A stretch of DNA of 63,975 bases, counting the filler, from Rhabdomonas costata (Eukaryota), in the NCBI GenBank assembly GCA_019059605.1. It is 43 parts of 43 records of this genome, joined end to end, with 100 filler letters (N's around TTAATTAATTAA, not from the genome) between each part and the next. Parts side by side here need not be neighbours in the genome. Positions count along the whole stretch, not along the records: positions 61,100 to 62,485 come from JAHMHO010017369.1; positions 62,586 to 63,975 come from JAHMHO010017370.1; 41 more parts are not named here. One strand, 5' to 3'. Shown piece by piece: positions 61,966 to 63,975 of the stretch. The translations under genes were made by a program, and so were the position numbers. Below the pieces are notes generated by a model. The model was not told the origin of the DNA, ran no database searches, and saw only the letters and a program-made list of their open reading frames with translations. Position 1 is the stretch's first letter. Each line of letters begins with the position of its first letter.

Positions 61966-63727
61966 CTGAAAGACGGGAAAGGTGAGCACAAGTTTCTGGC
62001 TGCGGAAAAGCAATACCAGTCAACATTATTAGGAATAGTAAGGGCATTTCAGTGTCGAGTTGCACTTGCGTCTCCAATATGTCGAACTGGAACATAAAAC
62101 GTGACTCATCTTTCAGCGTTTTATGGGGAGAAGGGAAAGGAAACCCTCACCGTATGCCAGGTGCAATTGAAATAATTGGTAAGGTACAGAGATCACCTGA
62201 AAAGATGTCGGTGGAAAAATTAGTCCCAATGTGTGGAAAAACAATAACACGTCAGAATCACAAAAATAAAAAGAAACGCGAATAACTACATCAGAAATGT
62301 CAGGTGTTCAGCAGCAGAGAACGAAAATACCACCCGTGGAAAAAAGAAGATAAGGCATCGGCACAAACAAACACCAGAGAGAGAGAGAGAGAAGTAGTGA
62401 GACAAACGAAATTACCGAAGGATAGAAGGAACACGAAGGGGAGCAGCACAAGGAACATAGGAAGATAGGATAGAGACCCAAGGGCNNNNNNNNNNNNNNN
62501 NNNNNNNNNNNNNNNNNNNNNNNNNNNNNTTAATTAATTAANNNNNNNNNNNNNNNNNNNNNNNNNNNNNNNNNNNNNNNNNNNNTGGTAGCACAGCTTA
62601 TTCCTATTCACCTTTGTTTGTCCCTGGCTTTCCCTCCGAACGTTGTTGGGGAGAGTGCTTGCCCGTTCGCCTGGGCTGTGTCTTAGGTGTGCTTCCGCTT
62701 GGGCGCGTACTAAATTGCAAGGCGAAAACGAGTTATCGAGTAGAGGTCAGCTCCCAGTTATCTAGTTGAGGTCATTCCTAGTCGGTTCCGTTATCCGGGA
62801 GTACATGAAGCTGAAAAAGGGGAAATAGTTTATGCAAATGGATGCAACGGGATGCAATGTATGTTTTTTGCTTTTAACCGCACAGATCAAGTTACACAAC
62901 AAGGGTCCACACACAATAGCTCCATGCAGAATGCAGAAGGAAGGCGAAGTAATTACTTGCTACCTCCCGAACTGTGTTCTGCCGCAACGAGTGTTACCTC
63001 TCCGGAAAGACCCGTTGCCATTTTCAGTCCATGCCTACCCTCATTCGTACTGTAGGTACTGCATCTTTCAGTTTAGAGCTCACCGCGTAGTTCGCGTGAT
63101 ATGAGGTATCAGTGAGAGTTTGTCTTCTTCCCGTCACGTTCCTCTGCAGGATTAGTGGATTACAGCCTCTGGAAAAACACTGGCTCGCCAGGAAAGGTGC
63201 CAGCCAAGCAGGATTCTAGGATCATGCGTAGAGTTGGTACCACCACCATTGCCACGGCCGTGGGGAGGAGCGCCCGCCGCAGCGGAACCTTCCCCATTCC
63301 CTATACGAGCACTTCCTGGGGTGCCACGGTAAGGCCACGGCGGAGGCAGGAGAGAGCCCGTCGTGAGATCGAGGAGATCCATCGCAAGGCCCTTGCGGCG
63401 AAGATTCCTGCAGGTGTGCGAGCGGATTTGAGATTTGCCACTCGACGCCAACATATTCCAACCTGACAAGGGGATTTCATTGAATTTGGGATCAGTAATG
63501 GAAAATCGGAGGAGGCATTGAAAGACCTGTGCACGCCTGCGCGGAAATACCTCCTCGCAGTCCCACCCAATCCTACTCGCTGCACTCTTGACCTGTTTCA
63601 CCTCGCTGCATTCTTGACCTCAGCGTCTTGGTGTGGGTGTTGACGTGAATGTCTAGGGTTGTTTCTGGTCTTCTTTTGATGGACGTTGCACAAAGGCAAA
63701 GCCCTCGCTGCGGAGAGCACCACCGAC

Positions 63728-63975
63728 ATGAGCACTGCCATCACCGCGGGAAGTGAGGCCTCCCCCAGCCCTGATACCCCGGCCGCAAGCAAGCCCGAGC
63801 CCTTCCCAAAGGCCGTGCGGGAGGCCAACGTGATCGACTTCACGGAGTGGCTGCGGGGGTTCTACCCCACCGTGGGCCAGGCCCACCCCACAATGGCACT
63901 GATCCAGGCGAAGGTCCGGAGGTTCGTGCGGAAGTTCCGCCGCGAGCACCCCACAGAGGTGAAGGAGCTGAGCCT
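63728..63975 (+). CDS. Hypothetical protein N-terminus, possibly a VPS9/Rabex-5-like helical bundle (3' partial)
   Basis: GC3-rich open frame MSTAITAG...IDFTEWLRGFYP...LIQAKVRRFVRKF. The family guess is weak, and the ATG could be internal to an exon. Confidence 0.5.
   Translation, partial: MSTAITAGSEASPSPDTPAASKPEPFPKAVREANVIDFTEWLRGFYPTVGQAHPTMALIQAKVRRFVRKFRREHPTEVKELS

Noticed and set aside
1..63975. Operon-like or defence-island clustering of ART, TPR, LRR, ankyrin and RT genes
   Set aside because: Each lies on a separate contig ordered by length, so adjacency is artificial. No rRNA, tRNA or CRISPR array was recognised.

Overview
This window is not a contiguous locus. It is a pseudo-scaffold of 43 unrelated contigs of about 1.39 kb, joined by 42 artificial 100-nt spacers (N45-TTAATTAATTAA-N43), so no synteny can be inferred across spacers. 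The DNA is from an intron-rich eukaryote, probably a euglenozoan protist (euglenid-like; inference). Support: GC3-rich exons; GT-AG (occasionally GC-AG) introns with weak donors; a pyrimidine tract plus AG just upstream of every visible candidate start codon; and a trypanosomatid-like M32 carboxypeptidase that contains an intron. Recognisable gene fragments: glutamine synthetase III, MCTP-like C2 protein, PDXDC1-like PLP decarboxylase, Serinc, F-box/LRR protein, disintegrin-repeat protein, Cav/Nav-type channel, kelch-like, TPR, ankyrin, R-S-E ADP-ribosyltransferase, putative Cache-type receptor, kinesin-1, a coiled-coil protein and a bacterial-looking DUF3160-like ORF. Mobile DNA: a decayed DIRS/Ty3-type RT, a decayed CRE-like non-LTR RT, and a 274-bp MITE with GG-starting TIRs and a perfect 8-bp TSD. 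The most unusual structure is a diverged inverted repeat with ~280-bp arms (51173-52068). All its transition mismatches become G.U pairs on the minus strand, and it carries a 7-nt loop micro-inversion. Perfect hairpins and A/C-rich tails at contig ends are judged library artefacts. All family assignments are by motif recall, not database search.
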